Origin: Trypanosoma brucei
Lineage: Eukaryota
NCBI GenBank assembly: GCA_000002445.1
Contig: CH464491.1
Span: 3,904,001-3,968,000, forward strand
Direction: 5' to 3'
DNA: 64,000 nt
The position numbers and the translations under genes are program-made. Below, one piece after another: positions 34,151 to 45,500 of the stretch (the first letter of the stretch is position 1; each line of letters starts with the position of its first letter). Under the pieces are notes generated by a model, which was given only the letters and a program-made list of their open reading frames with translations, searched no databases and was not told where the DNA came from.

Positions 34151-35446
34151 GAGGGACGCGACAGCTCCCAACAAATATAAAAATGATTTCTGCTCCTTCG
34201 TTTAATCACTTAATCTTTCTCTCCACCCCGCTCTCATTTACCCTCCTTGCCCCCTCATATCACGCGGCATAACCACCTGTCGCAAGTGCTCACTTAAGTG
34301 ATTCATGCGGGTTTCTCATCCTTCCTTCTGCTTTCCTTTTATTGTTTTCTCATCTCAATCCATTACGACCATACGATTCTTTTTCCTCCCTCAGCACATC
34401 GCAACCTTCTATAACGATTCGTTTCTCACTCTTATTTCCCCTAAATAACACCAAGAGGATTACAAAAGCATGCACGAAACAAACATAAACACAAAAATCG
34501 TCAGTTAGTCATGCATGCGCAATAAGGCACGATGAGGTGCCGTAATATAAAAGGACATGTGATCGAATCAATGAAAACGATTGAATCTAGAGAATGGAGG
34601 AGAGATGAAACGAAAAAGGAACATCCACATTGTAAACACAAAACATACAAACAAATGAAACAGGAAGTAACAGAAAAAAACAACAATAAAACGAAAAAAA
34701 ACAAACGAACAAACCACTTTCGCATATTCCTCAATTCAATCAAAACATACAAAAAACACAAAAAACTAGGTAACATTACTTCCTTCCTTTCCCATCTCTT
34801 CTACCGACGCAGCGCGCTTCCATTACCTCATATAAAGTGTTTGGAACGCATAAGAGAAAAGAGTGGGAACTAACGCCCGCAATCTGATTGAGTAAAACAA
34901 AAAAAATGAAGCAATGAAGCAAACGAAAAGAACAAAAGAAAACATTTTCAGAGGCCCGCAAGTATGAAAGAAAAACAAACAAACAGAAGTCAAATGCGGT
35001 CACCTTCGTCGCTTATGCTTCACTAAGCACCTTTTAAGCGTAAAAGAAAAGGTATGAGAAAACAAAGTCAGCAGTGCGAAAAGAAAACAAGAAACCGGAT
35101 TCACAACAAACGTTACGAACAACCAAAACTCAACACGAACTCAGAAGCAGACAAAATTCTTCTTTTTTCACCTTACAAAAGCCACCGTTAAATATAGAGG
35201 GCAGCAAAAGGAGAGAAGGAGAATTCCGAAAATGGGGCAGAAATCGAAGAACAAAAAAAATCTTCTCTTTTCTAAAAAAAAACCAAAGAAAGGGGACAAG
35301 AACAAAACATGTGGAGCAGGAGGCGATCAATAAATAGACGGAGACGGAGGAACAAAGCACAGTATTGACGACAAAATTTAGTGCACTGTCATCTTTAACT
35401 GGCGACCAAAACACTACTTATAAAAGTATTACCTTCACCTTCTTGT

Positions 35447-36046
35447 TTATTCTTTGATGAAGCCAAGTACCTGCGACATGAGGTCGTCCTTTTTGGGGCT
35501 CTTCTTGTACTTTACAGCCTCCGAAATGGCCGACTCGAGGAGCTGCACCACATTGGTTCCATCAGCTGCCGATACGTAAAACAGCGAAAGGTTATGCTTC
35601 TCCACGAACGCGAACGCCTTGTTCACGACGGATGGATCTGTATCTATCTTATTACAGGCTACAATGCATGGAATGTGCTCACGGTAGTTTCGTAACTCAC
35701 CCAACCACTTCTCCAAATTCTTATACGTCGCCTTCCGGGTGACGTCGAAAACCAAAATGCACGCATGAGCCTCGTGGTAATACGCGGGATGCATAGTGGA
35801 GAAACGCTCCTGTCCCGCCGTGTCCCAAATGTCAACATCAATTGCCTCATCATCTTCAGTAACGAAGTCATAGTGGAATAGCGTCAATGCATATGTGGAC
35901 ATTTGCACAGGCACGTATCGTTGCATCAAAAACCGCTCTACCAACTTAGACTTCCCCACAGCACTGTCACCAAGAAGGATAACTTTCACAGGTTTCCGTT
36001 CGTCATCGGGTTTATTGTCAATTAGTTTCTTCACTTTTAAGGACAT
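35447..36046 (-). CDS. RABL2: Rab-like small GTPase RABL2
   Basis: The track start at 36076 is TTG; the first ATG is at 36046 (MSLKVKK...). Strong similarity to human RABL2: 'ILLGDSAVGKSKLVERFLM', 'STYALTLF', 'DIWDTAGQERF', 'YYHEAHACILVFD', 'IPCIVACNKID', 'FYVSAADGTNVV'. Confidence 0.8.
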   Translation of the reverse strand: MSLKVKKLIDNKPDDERKPVKVILLGDSAVGKSKLVERFLMQRYVPVQMSTYALTLFHYDFVTEDDEAIDVDIWDTAGQERFSTMHPAYYHEAHACILVFDVTRKATYKNLEKWLGELRNYREHIPCIVACNKIDTDPSVVNKAFAFVEKHNLSLFYVSAADGTNVVQLLESAISEAVKYKKSPKKDDLMSQVLGFIKE

Positions 36047-36919
36047 TACAAAAAAAAAAAATGGACAAGTACGCAAGCGAAGAATGAGCTAAACCTATGA
36101 CGAGAAGAAAAGGGAGGAATAAAAAAAGAGTAAGGAATTTCATTTGGCATGCAAGTGCAGCCGGTTGTCAGTTTGGCAAAGCTTGGTGGAAGTGCACAGT
36201 TACTTCCCTTCTCCCCCTGCGCTTAGCACACCCTCCTCCAAGTAAAAGCTTCGTTCTATTCCCAACGTAAGAACACTGGGTAACCCTATCGCTCAATTCA
36301 TTTAATACCGTTATAATCATTACTATTACGAAATTGAAAAATGATTGCGGTACGAGAGATGCAACCCACAACGGGTCTTGTGGGAAAATGAATAAAATAC
36401 GATGTGAAGACGCGGTTAAACCATCAAAGTCAGCGAGAAAAGGGGGGGGCAACATTCATTTAAACAATGAGATTTCAAGCCATAGCTCTCCGTTCCTTTT
36501 GTCCTCGCCCACCCCACAGGTATAACATCAAGAATGTGCTAAATTGACGGGGGAAACATTTCCCATACACACCTTTATAACAACAACATACACGGGCTCC
36601 ACTGCATTACAAGCCAAGACGTCGCGAACAGAAACTAACCGTACTACACGGTACACAGTTACCAACAAGAAACGTACTTGAGGTGCGGATGCGCGCAGTA
36701 CATGCACGAAGCAACGTGGTGAGGTAATTGTGGAGTCTTTTTGCCCACACATGCAAAGACACCTGCTCAGCGTAACTCAGCTTCACTCACGCAGTGAATT
36801 TCGCATAGCATCTCGAGGTTATCCCTCCCCTAATCGGCCACTACATGACAGAACATCACAAATCATGGAAAGTAGGAAAGAAGTCACTTTCATCACCATC
36901 TCGTTCCCTTGTCAACTTT

Positions 36920-38704
36920 CTAAATACCCTTCATTTGAAACTTCATCGGAGGTGCCAGAGCTGGGAGGGGCGCCTGCGACTCGTTCACACGTTTCCGCAT
37001 GGTGTTCAGCCCCTCACGCTTTTCCTTGTCTTCCAACCCCCTGTCTTCAATGCGGCTTTCCTTCGCGAGCACATCCTTTTCCACAACTGCAGCCTCCGTC
37101 GTAATCATCATTCCAGCCACTGAACACGCATTTACTACCGCTGATTTTACAACTTTCATTGGATCAATTATACCCTCGTTAAACATGTTCACGTACTCGC
37201 CTGTCTGCGCATTGTATCCGAACGTTGGGTCATTCCTTCTCATAATTTTACTCGCCACAACACTTCCTTCCACACCCGCATTACTCGCAATGTAACGACA
37301 GGGCAAGCGGACAGCCCTTTTCACTATATTAACGCCCGTGCGGATATCTGGAGGCAAACTGCGGTCCTTCGCCACGCTGTCAAGCCGCACTGATGCAACG
37401 AGCAAAGCTGTACCACCGCCAGCAAGAATTCCCTCCGCTACCGCTGCACGCGTGGCGTTAAGGGCATCAACAATACGATCTTTTTTCTCACTGATCTCAA
37501 CTTCGGAGGCACCGCCAACTTTAATTACTGCAACACCTCCAGACAACTTAGCAAGCCGCTCTACCAAGCGCTCGCGGTTGTACTCGTGATCTTCCGCTGC
37601 AATCATATCACGGATCATCTGAACGCGCTCTTCCACCGCGATGGCACTTCCACCACCCTCCATTAAAATGCATTCATCACGCGATATTGTAGCTTTCTTA
37701 CATGATCCAAGCAACCGCTCCGAAAAATCACTTTGGTCGAGACTTAACCCCAAATCCTCTGAAATCATCTGCGCACCGGTGAATACTGCAATATCCTGTA
37801 GTTGATTAATTCGCATATCACCGAACCCAGGAGCTTTCACTGAGCAGCCTGTTATTCTTCCTTGAATTTTGTTATAGAGGAATGTATGCATTGCTTCTCC
37901 CTCCAAATCCTCGGAAATAACAAGGAGTGGTCTCTTCTTTTGGATGGCATGGTTCAGTGCGGGAAGAATGTGGGCAACACTGGACAACTTACGGTTTGCA
38001 ACAAACACTAGTGCATTCTCCAATTCGCACTTCTGTGACTTGGTGTTCGTTACAAAATATGGTGATGTGAATCCCCGCTCGAAGGACATTCCCTCCACGA
38101 GTTCCAACTCCGTGTTCAACGAGCGGCCCTCCTGCGTAGTGATGACACCATCCTTACCAACCTGCTGCATGGCATCACCAATGAGCGCTCCAATTTCAAC
38201 GTCCATATTAGCCGATATCATTGCTATCTGCGTTACCTCCGATTTGGAGGTGACGGGCTTCGCCTGCTCAGCCAATGAAGCGAGTACCTCGCGGCAGGCC
38301 AAGTCAATCCCACGTTTCAAGTCCATTGGATTCGTACCCGTAGAAACACTACGGAACCCTTCTCGAAATATAGCTCCAGAGAGAATTGTTGCAGTGGTCG
38401 TTCCGTCACCAGCTGTATCATTTGTGAGGCCAGCCACCTGCCGCACGAGGTTGGCACCCAGATTTTCAAAGCTGTTCTCAAACTCAATGTGCTTCGCTAC
38501 TGTCACGCCATCCTTTGTTATCTTCGGACTAGCATATGGCATCTCCAATACGACATTACGTCCTTTCGGCCCCAATGTAACACCGACCGCCTTCACAAGA
38601 TTCTCCACACCAAGCAAAAGTAGCTTACGGGCCTCGATGCCGTAACGAATGTCCTTCGGCGTCGAGCCGTACTGCATGCAACAAGCGAAGGAGCGCCTCA
38701 GCAT
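36920..38704 (-). CDS. HSP60: Chaperonin HSP60/GroEL family, divergent paralogue (mitochondrial)
   Basis: 594 aa with ATG verified. GroEL hallmarks: 'GPKGRNVVLE', 'PKITKDGVTVAK', 'AGDGTTTATIL', 'GGVAVIKVGGASEVE', 'DALNATRAAVAEGI', plus the C-terminal ATPase core. It is clearly diverged from the canonical trypanosomatid HSP60 N-terminus, so it is called a paralogue. Confidence 0.9.
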   Translation of the reverse strand: MLRRSFACCMQYGSTPKDIRYGIEARKLLLLGVENLVKAVGVTLGPKGRNVVLEMPYASPKITKDGVTVAKHIEFENSFENLGANLVRQVAGLTNDTAGDGTTTATILSGAIFREGFRSVSTGTNPMDLKRGIDLACREVLASLAEQAKPVTSKSEVTQIAMISANMDVEIGALIGDAMQQVGKDGVITTQEGRSLNTELELVEGMSFERGFTSPYFVTNTKSQKCELENALVFVANRKLSSVAHILPALNHAIQKKRPLLVISEDLEGEAMHTFLYNKIQGRITGCSVKAPGFGDMRINQLQDIAVFTGAQMISEDLGLSLDQSDFSERLLGSCKKATISRDECILMEGGGSAIAVEERVQMIRDMIAAEDHEYNRERLVERLAKLSGGVAVIKVGGASEVEISEKKDRIVDALNATRAAVAEGILAGGGTALLVASVRLDSVAKDRSLPPDIRTGVNIVKRAVRLPCRYIASNAGVEGSVVASKIMRRNDPTFGYNAQTGEYVNMFNEGIIDPMKVVKSAVVNACSVAGMMITTEAAVVEKDVLAKESRIEDRGLEDKEKREGLNTMRKRVNESQAPLPALAPPMKFQMKGI

Positions 38705-39367
38705 GACGTCTCACAGATCCTGTCTTCTAAACTGTTATTTCTGCACTCTTTTCGATTTCACAGATTCTAGGTCATCAACGAGATAGCCAGAAGGAGAAAA
38801 AGATAATATGGGTATGCATATCCAAGCGCCATGCAAGAGAGCACATGTAAATGTACATTTTCCCCTATGCCTTCCTGACGCACCAATCCCTTACACATTT
38901 CTCTTCAGAAATGTAGACTGTGCATCAACATTGGGTAAAGTTCTCCTTTCAGCACCTCACAATGATCCACGTAATCTGAACGCACGAAGTGCATGACGGA
39001 AAGGGAAAGAAAAAGAAATGCCTCAAAACATCACGTCGCACTGTCCACAAAAAGGGACAACAGAGACAATTTCCCGCTGCAGCACGTTTTCCTCACGAAC
39101 CAAATTTGACATAAAGCGCTATAGTTCTTGTGGTGGTGTGTTTTTCGGTGGGAAGCTGAAAAGGGACTGACCGCACGAACGCATGACGGCATGCGTCGTC
39201 TGGCGCTTTTACCGCTCACATCTAAACAAGCACCCGTCGATACCTTCCTGCCATCACACATAAATTAAGGGGGAAAATGAAGGTTGCACTGAGGTTGGAT
39301 CAATCGCTCACACGCTCCCTCACGCACGGAACTCCAAGAGACACCGCTGGTGATAATCAGCCAGCCA

Positions 39368-40798
39368 CTAAACTGCGGTGACGGAACCCCTCGTACCTCC
39401 AAGTAACGTACTGACGTTAGCGTGCACACCGGAATGCCCAGCTATGTTGTTAGTGGCCGGAGGCACGGTATACAAACTAGAAGACAATGCTACATTAGCG
39501 CTTGGTGTTGATTCCGGCTCTTCCGGCGTGACTACAGGTTTGCACCCCTCGGAAGAAAACGCATGGCGCTCGCCACCTCCATGGTGGTGATGATGACCAT
39601 AGTCATGATTGTGTCCATGAGAGTGACCGTGGTCGTGCCCATGAGAGTGGTTATGACACTGATAGCTAGAACTTTCTCCGGGGTCAAAGTTGTCTTCTTC
39701 ATCAGGCTTTCTGACCTCCACAAAAACGTAAGCCGCAACACTTGCAAGTATTTTATGTGCTTCTTGAGTCACCGCCAAGGGGTCTGCCGATGTTAGCAAA
39801 ATCAATTGCACAAGGGCCATAAGCTCCCCTTCACTCACCTCCCAAAAGCAGGACGACTTTATCTGCATTACACCCGGAACCAACTGCACACTACGAATGG
39901 CACGCTCACACTTTGCCGCCACGTTGGGTTGGCACGTTGCGTTGTTAAGCAGAAGCCACGCCATTGATGTGGATTGATTCAAGGTGACAGCCAAAACGTA
40001 GAATGCCAACAACATCACTCCAATAGTTTCCCACATTGAAGACCCGCCAAGTCTCACTAAAAGCGAGACTAAGATGCACGTGAAAGCAGAAAAAGAGCGC
40101 AACACAATGCGAATAATGCGATACTGTTGGGAAAAGGCCCTGGAAAAGAGCAGCAGAGGCCTGCGCAGAACCTGCCGTATCGTAACGTGGATACTGGGGA
40201 GACCACGAGGCTCTCGTTGCGAAGACAGCGTTCCACTGATGCGGTCATGCGCGTCAATTTCTCCCCCAAACACAGTAATAAGCAGGGCATGTACCACTCC
40301 TGTGAGGAGAAGCAATTTAGGTGAGGGCTGTCGCGTGTGTGCTATGTCGTGAACTGATTCTAGCATTACGGTGAGTGATCCAAACAAAACAAATATAGAC
40401 GCACCGAACGAAATGAGCGTGTGAAGACGCTTTGCACCGAAGTAGTACCCCTGAATACCTTCGAGAGAAATCGCCCCGTTTTGCTGGTTACGGTGCTCTT
40501 GGCCGCCAAGTAGTAAACTATGCGGCTGAGGATTCGGCTGCGCCGTAATCTGCTCCTTGACTCGAAAGGAAGGCGCCTGCACAATGCGGCAGTAGTTCAG
40601 TGACACCACCCCTGAAGCAACAGCGGCACATGTGTTAAATGTGATGAAGGCGTTGACCTGAAGAATCCTGCAGCCACTAAACGTACCGATTAGCGTGTCT
40701 ACGACCCATAAAAAGAAGAAAACAGTGGCGACGCACCGCAGTTTGTGCATTTCCAGGTCATCGCCCTTCTTGAACAGACGAACAGCTTCTCCTATCAT
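39368..40798 (-). CDS. Cation diffusion facilitator (CDF)-type metal (Zn) transporter with His-rich C-terminal tail
   Basis: 476 aa with ATG verified. It has several predicted transmembrane segments, a metal-site-like 'LTVMLESVHDIAHT', a C-terminal cytoplasmic domain 'WEVSEGELMALVQLIL...AHKILASVAAYVFVEV', and a His-rich tract 'HNHSHGHDHGHSHGHNHDYGHHHHHGG'. Confidence 0.5.
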   Translation of the reverse strand: MIGEAVRLFKKGDDLEMHKLRCVATVFFFLWVVDTLIGTFSGCRILQVNAFITFNTCAAVASGVVSLNYCRIVQAPSFRVKEQITAQPNPQPHSLLLGGQEHRNQQNGAISLEGIQGYYFGAKRLHTLISFGASIFVLFGSLTVMLESVHDIAHTRQPSPKLLLLTGVVHALLITVFGGEIDAHDRISGTLSSQREPRGLPSIHVTIRQVLRRPLLLFSRAFSQQYRIIRIVLRSFSAFTCILVSLLVRLGGSSMWETIGVMLLAFYVLAVTLNQSTSMAWLLLNNATCQPNVAAKCERAIRSVQLVPGVMQIKSSCFWEVSEGELMALVQLILLTSADPLAVTQEAHKILASVAAYVFVEVRKPDEEDNFDPGESSSYQCHNHSHGHDHGHSHGHNHDYGHHHHHGGGERHAFSSEGCKPVVTPEEPESTPSANVALSSSLYTVPPATNNIAGHSGVHANVSTLLGGTRGSVTAV

Positions 40799-41126
40799 AT
40801 TTGCTGCGACTAATCAGAAGTGTGGAAAAGCGAAACAAACAAGAGAAACTTGAACACAAGCGAACCGCGGTAAATCTTTTCACATATATAAAGGAATGCA
40901 TTATTAAGATGCATACGTGGTACACCTTCCCCCTTCCTCTCACTAAGAGGCTCATGAGAAAAGTAGAGAAAAAACGAAATGCACACTCGGTTTGAAAAGC
41001 AACATTTCTTTACCGAGATTGAGAAATGGAATAAATAATAACTGTATGTCTATCTCTATGATGGTTGTTGTTGCAGTTGTGTAGTTCCCGTTCGCAAGCA
41101 TATCCATCAAACTGCAGGGTGTTACT

Positions 41127-41525
41127 TCATCGACCACGCTTCACCTGACCCGTTGGCAGGAGTGGCACCAAATGTCCCATCCCACCAGCCTTCAGTGCGG
41201 TTTTTATGTCATTAGCGGAAAGCGTTACCCTTCGCCTCGACTCACGAGAGTGTTCGTCATCTGCAAGACATGAAAGGTACAGAAGCGATATTGTTGCGGC
41301 CTTCTGCATCGCTATGCGCGCGTCGCGAGCAACATGCATACCAGCGGGCACAGCGGCAGCAACGATGCGGTCCACTTGCCCGGCCGCCAAACTACGAGCT
41401 TTTACAGCGGAGTTTTGTGCAGTTGGAGAGGGAAGAGGAGCCGCATCAATATCTGCTATGGTGCCTTGAGTGTCGCTCGCCTTCACTAAGTCACCAGCTA
41501 AATCCATTCGTCCTTGTCCTTTCAT
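41127..41525 (-). CDS. Histone-fold protein, NC2beta(Dr1)/NF-YB-like (~132 aa)
   Basis: The track start at 41597 is GTG; the first ATG is at 41525 (MKGQGRM...). 'IVAAAVPAGMHVARDARIAMQKAATISLLYLSCLADDEHSRESRRRVTLSANDIKTAL' aligns with the Dr1 histone fold '[56 protein letters not shown]'. Confidence 0.45.
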   Translation of the reverse strand: MKGQGRMDLAGDLVKASDTQGTIADIDAAPLPSPTAQNSAVKARSLAAGQVDRIVAAAVPAGMHVARDARIAMQKAATISLLYLSCLADDEHSRESRRRVTLSANDIKTALKAGGMGHLVPLLPTGQVKRGR

Positions 41526-41737
41526 GAGTCCATGTAAAGCCGCAGTTGTAGAAAGAAGGAGGGCATATGAACTCGAAACATCATCAACAAAACGCACACA
41601 AGCGAATACGACAAAACAATGGCAAAGAGCAATTCAAAGATACGTACGCAAACATGGTGCTGCAACCGTACGAACAAAAAGTAAAGTAGTCACGAACAAG
41701 GTTTGATTAATGAAGGGAAGAAACAAGAAAGATTCAA

Positions 41738-41830
41738 GACTTCAGCTAATAACATAGTATAGTTATTCCATCACAAATTTGTCGGATTGAAGGGCTAACT
41801 TCAAGAATAACAATGATAACATCATATCTT
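41738..41830 (-). ncRNA. Candidate C/D box snoRNA (copy 1)
   Basis: Minus-strand reading: aagatATGATGTtatcattgttattcttgaagttagcccttcaatCCGAcaaatttgTGATGGaataactatactatgttattagCTGAag. This gives a C box (AUGAUGU), a conserved 21-nt guide-like block ending in a D'-like CCGA, a C' box (UGAUGG) and a D box (CUGA), ~84 nt from C to D. It is intergenic and in the same orientation as the transcription unit, as trypanosome snoRNAs are. Confidence 0.45.
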
Positions 41831-42059
41831 ACTTGACAAAGTACATGGAGTATCATCTCCGCTACCTCTATCACACGGTGCAGCTACGCGGCAAGCACAC
41901 CCTGTTTACACAGGCACGTTGAACAGGGGCCAAGAGGGAGTGTTGGGCCACCGACAGAATGTAGGGGAAACAGTAGAATAAACGCAATAGCAGAGCTGGT
42001 CGAGAGGGTGAAGTATGTGAGCAAACCAGTTTCAAATACTTAAAGAAAGATACGGAAAG

Positions 42060-42150
42060 AATCTCAGAATCAAATATAAACGGTTATTCCATCACGAAAC
42101 TCTCGGATTGAAGGGCTAACTTCAAAAGATCACTAATATCATCACACGGC
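42060..42150 (-). ncRNA. Candidate C/D box snoRNA (copy 2, paralogue of copy 1)
   Basis: Minus-strand reading: gccgtGTGATGAtattagtgatcttttgaagttagcccttcaatCCGAgagtttcgTGATGGaataaccgtttatatttgattCTGAga. It has a perfect C box (GUGAUGA), the same conserved 21-nt block, a C' box UGAUGG and a D box CUGA, ~82 nt from C to D. The boxes and guide are conserved while the spacers diverged. Confidence 0.5.
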
Positions 42151-42571
42151 ACCGCTTCTCTTTTTGTACACACTGGTAGCCCATTGCAGGGGTGAATCAA
42201 CATGCATCGGGGGAGGGGCTCCTACGGACGGCTATTCAAACATATGCTTTCCTTCCAACTAATAGATGGGAAATCAAAGGGGACCACACACATTTTTTTT
42301 CAAATGCACATACGTTTAGACAATGAAAGGAACGAAAAGTAAACAGGGTCATTCGAAGTAGCTTGCAATAACCAATAATATTTACTAATTGTCGCAACAG
42401 AAAGTGAGGCACGCGCACCATGGAACGAAAATCGAGCCATGTTTACACTACTCTCTATGCCCATCTATGGAAAACTTTTTGTGTGTGTTCTTCGAAAAAT
42501 AAACGAAGGGACCGTTACAATGTGTAAAACACTGACCGAATGAAAAAGGGTGCATGTGTATCTGATAATTA

Positions 42572-45500
42572 TTAAGATTTGTTATCATCTCCTGGACGAA
42601 GCGTCATTGAAAACTTTCGCTTACCCCTAATCAAAGGTATTATTGCACTGGTGTCCTCCACATCTGTACCGTCGATTTGAGTAATCCGCCAACCAACGAC
42701 ACTGTGCGGGTCCAATATGCCAATTTCACGGAGTGCTGCTGAAAACGGTGTGTTGTTCCCAGCAACTGACGCTCCTCCCATTACACCATCATTTTTAAAT
42801 ACGATACGTCGTATTGTCGAACGACTGCCATGCAGCGAAAATCCTAGAGGCGCCTCCGCATCATTCCGCATCAACGTCAAGTGAAACACCCTCTCGGCAG
42901 GTGCTTTGTGGTCGGCTGTGCCCTCACCATCGGAGGGTTCCGCTCCTATATCCTCGGGACTTGTGTTATCACCAGCTTCCACACTAGCTTCAGCCTCACC
43001 ACGCTCCCGCGCCGCATCCAAAGCGGCCATCCGCTTCCTCTTCTTCACGCTATATATAAGACTGTTACGAACCGCCAAATTTATCGTGGCCTCCAGTCTT
43101 GCTAGTGCGCGCCAATTTGCCTTCTCCTGGTCCGTGGAATTTGCGGGATTCAGCCCCTCCACTTCAGCTAATAAGTTACTGCACTTGCTGTGCAATAAAT
43201 GAGCCATGTCCCGTGACCACTGCCTTCTCATCCTCTTCCTTTCCTCCACAGCAGAGTCATTGAGGGGCATGCCAACCCCTTTTCGACGATCACCGCGGAG
43301 AAGGAAAATCCGGTAATGGCGCAGAACGTTAGTCACAACGTAAAGACGAAGGGATAAGTATCCCAGGGCCCGGGAAAAGTGACGAGGTTTGGCACCATGC
43401 GACCCCACGGAAAACAACGAGGGTGTTTCCGATGCCTCATCCCCCAAAGCCCCTTTAGTGTTGCGAAGCCCCTTCGTCAATTGTCGCTCATGCGATAGTA
43501 TGAAAAATATTTCCTGTAACTGATGCAGAGGCATCCACAAGAAAGAAGGGTGCATAACATGGGCATGGACAACACTCAAAACAGATTGCGCCTGCCGACG
43601 AAGTAGTCTGCCGTCCACTTTCTCTCCATTGTCACATCGCAAGCCGGTAAAGCAATGGAGGACCTTCTTGGCACGCAGATGTCGAAGCTGCTTCGCGGTA
43701 TTGTAATCCAAAGCGAATAACACCTCCCTCACGTACATTGATACGATTGTTGGGCTCACAACGCTGTCCGCAGAAATTCCAGAGGAAGACACAGGACGCA
43801 CGTGGCAACCGTATTGCAAAAATGACATGAAGAACGCTACCTCGGCAGCCTGCGAAAGCGGTACACCACACACACGTAGTGCCTCCGCAACCTGTCCCGA
43901 TTGTCTGTCATCACCACCACCGCCACTCTCCATCACATCACTCAACTGCTTCAGCAAGAGAAATACCTGCAGGCAACTCACAAGAACCTCACTACCAAGT
44001 GTGTCAAGATAATGCCGCCGCAGTAACGGGAAAAAGGAAGCGGATATATTTTTGAGGAAACAACAAGCAGGATGCTTGGTAAACGCCATCTTCGTCCTTG
44101 GATTACTCGGTGGTGGCCCCTGAAGATCCTGCGAAACGTATGACCTTACATATAGCTCAATGAGCGAGCTCACACCAACGCGGACTGTGGAAGCCGCAAC
44201 CAACACACGTTCCCAAGCAGATTCTGAAGGCGGCTGCGCTTGCGTGGCACCTTCCTTCTTCGTGGAAGGGTCAACCAGAACGATCCAGTTCTTTGCTGTT
44301 TTGCTGCAGGCAAGGAAATACAACTCAATTTCCATCTCCAGCAAGGTGCGGCACAACACGGCGCTGGAGTTCACCGCAGGAATTAAATCATAATCCCTGG
44401 CTTCGTTCCTCGTTGCCCACACCGCAGCCACACGGTTCAATAATTCAAGAACGAGGAATGCGCTATCTGGTTTTGACGATAAAAACTGCAGAAACTTATT
44501 GTCCGCATGCAACCCCTCCCTGCAACGCAGGTATCTCAGGTTCAAAGTTGAATGTACCGTCCGGTGTGTCATTAGTGAATCACTGGTTCGTCGCTCTAGC
44601 GGTGGTGCTATTTTGGCCCAAAGTTGCCGTAGGGTTGTGATGCAACGGCTCTCCAGTTGAAATGTGGCTCCTGGGGGAAACGACGTAAACGAAAACAGTA
44701 CACAAAGCATCATTGAGTAGAAAGCGTTAACACTCCCCGATAGATCTTTACACGCTGCCCCTCGTGTCGTCTCCAGTGTCCCGAGTGTTCGCTCAGCCAG
44801 CAATAACACACTGTGAAGTAGAGATGGTTGTGCCGAACCACCGGTGCCGCGTACTCCCTTTGAAACTGTTTCTTCCAACAATGCACTGGCGTCAGTCAGC
44901 AGACGCGATGAGCAACTCATAATGCTATGATCTAATGACGTTAAAGTTTCATCTTCCGCCCCGGCCACCTTCAGACAATTGGACAAATGCCATCGCAGTT
45001 CGACCGTCGCGGAGAGTCCAGAAGAAATTATTGCAGCGGAGCTCAAGCATTCAGTACACACGTCACTTGCATTCTCATTGTCACCCGTATTTTTATCCCC
45101 CACCGTGTTAGAAAAGTGATGATGCACTTCGGTGAGAGAGGCAAAGCATTCTGCATATGCTTTAAGAACCTTGCACCGCCACGCAAGGAGATGACCGACA
45201 TCTTCAGACTCCTTACCTGCAGAACGAGCTTTGAAACGTTTATTACACTCACGACGGAAGCCATTTAGTGACTGCTGAAGCGCACGCCCCAGAAGAGTGA
45301 GCACGGCGTGTTGCACACGGACTTCGGGAAGGTCATCAACCTTTTCAATGCGCGTATGTTTTTCCACCTGCAAGCCAAGACGATTAATGAGTTCATGCAG
45401 TGTGTCATCCTCCTCAGATATGGCGGGTACATCCCTCTCTCCACCACCGGGAACCTCAACAACTACCCCTTTGTGCGCCGCAGCCAACTGTTTTAGTACC

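Noticed and set aside
37944-38645. 233-aa plus-strand ORF antisense to HSP60, and similar plus ORFs antisense to other genes (e.g. 6195-6608, 60533-61096, 50194-51273)
   Set aside because: They lie fully inside well-supported minus-strand genes with strong homology. The plus strand is not transcribed as mRNA in this transcription unit. They are antisense chance ORFs.
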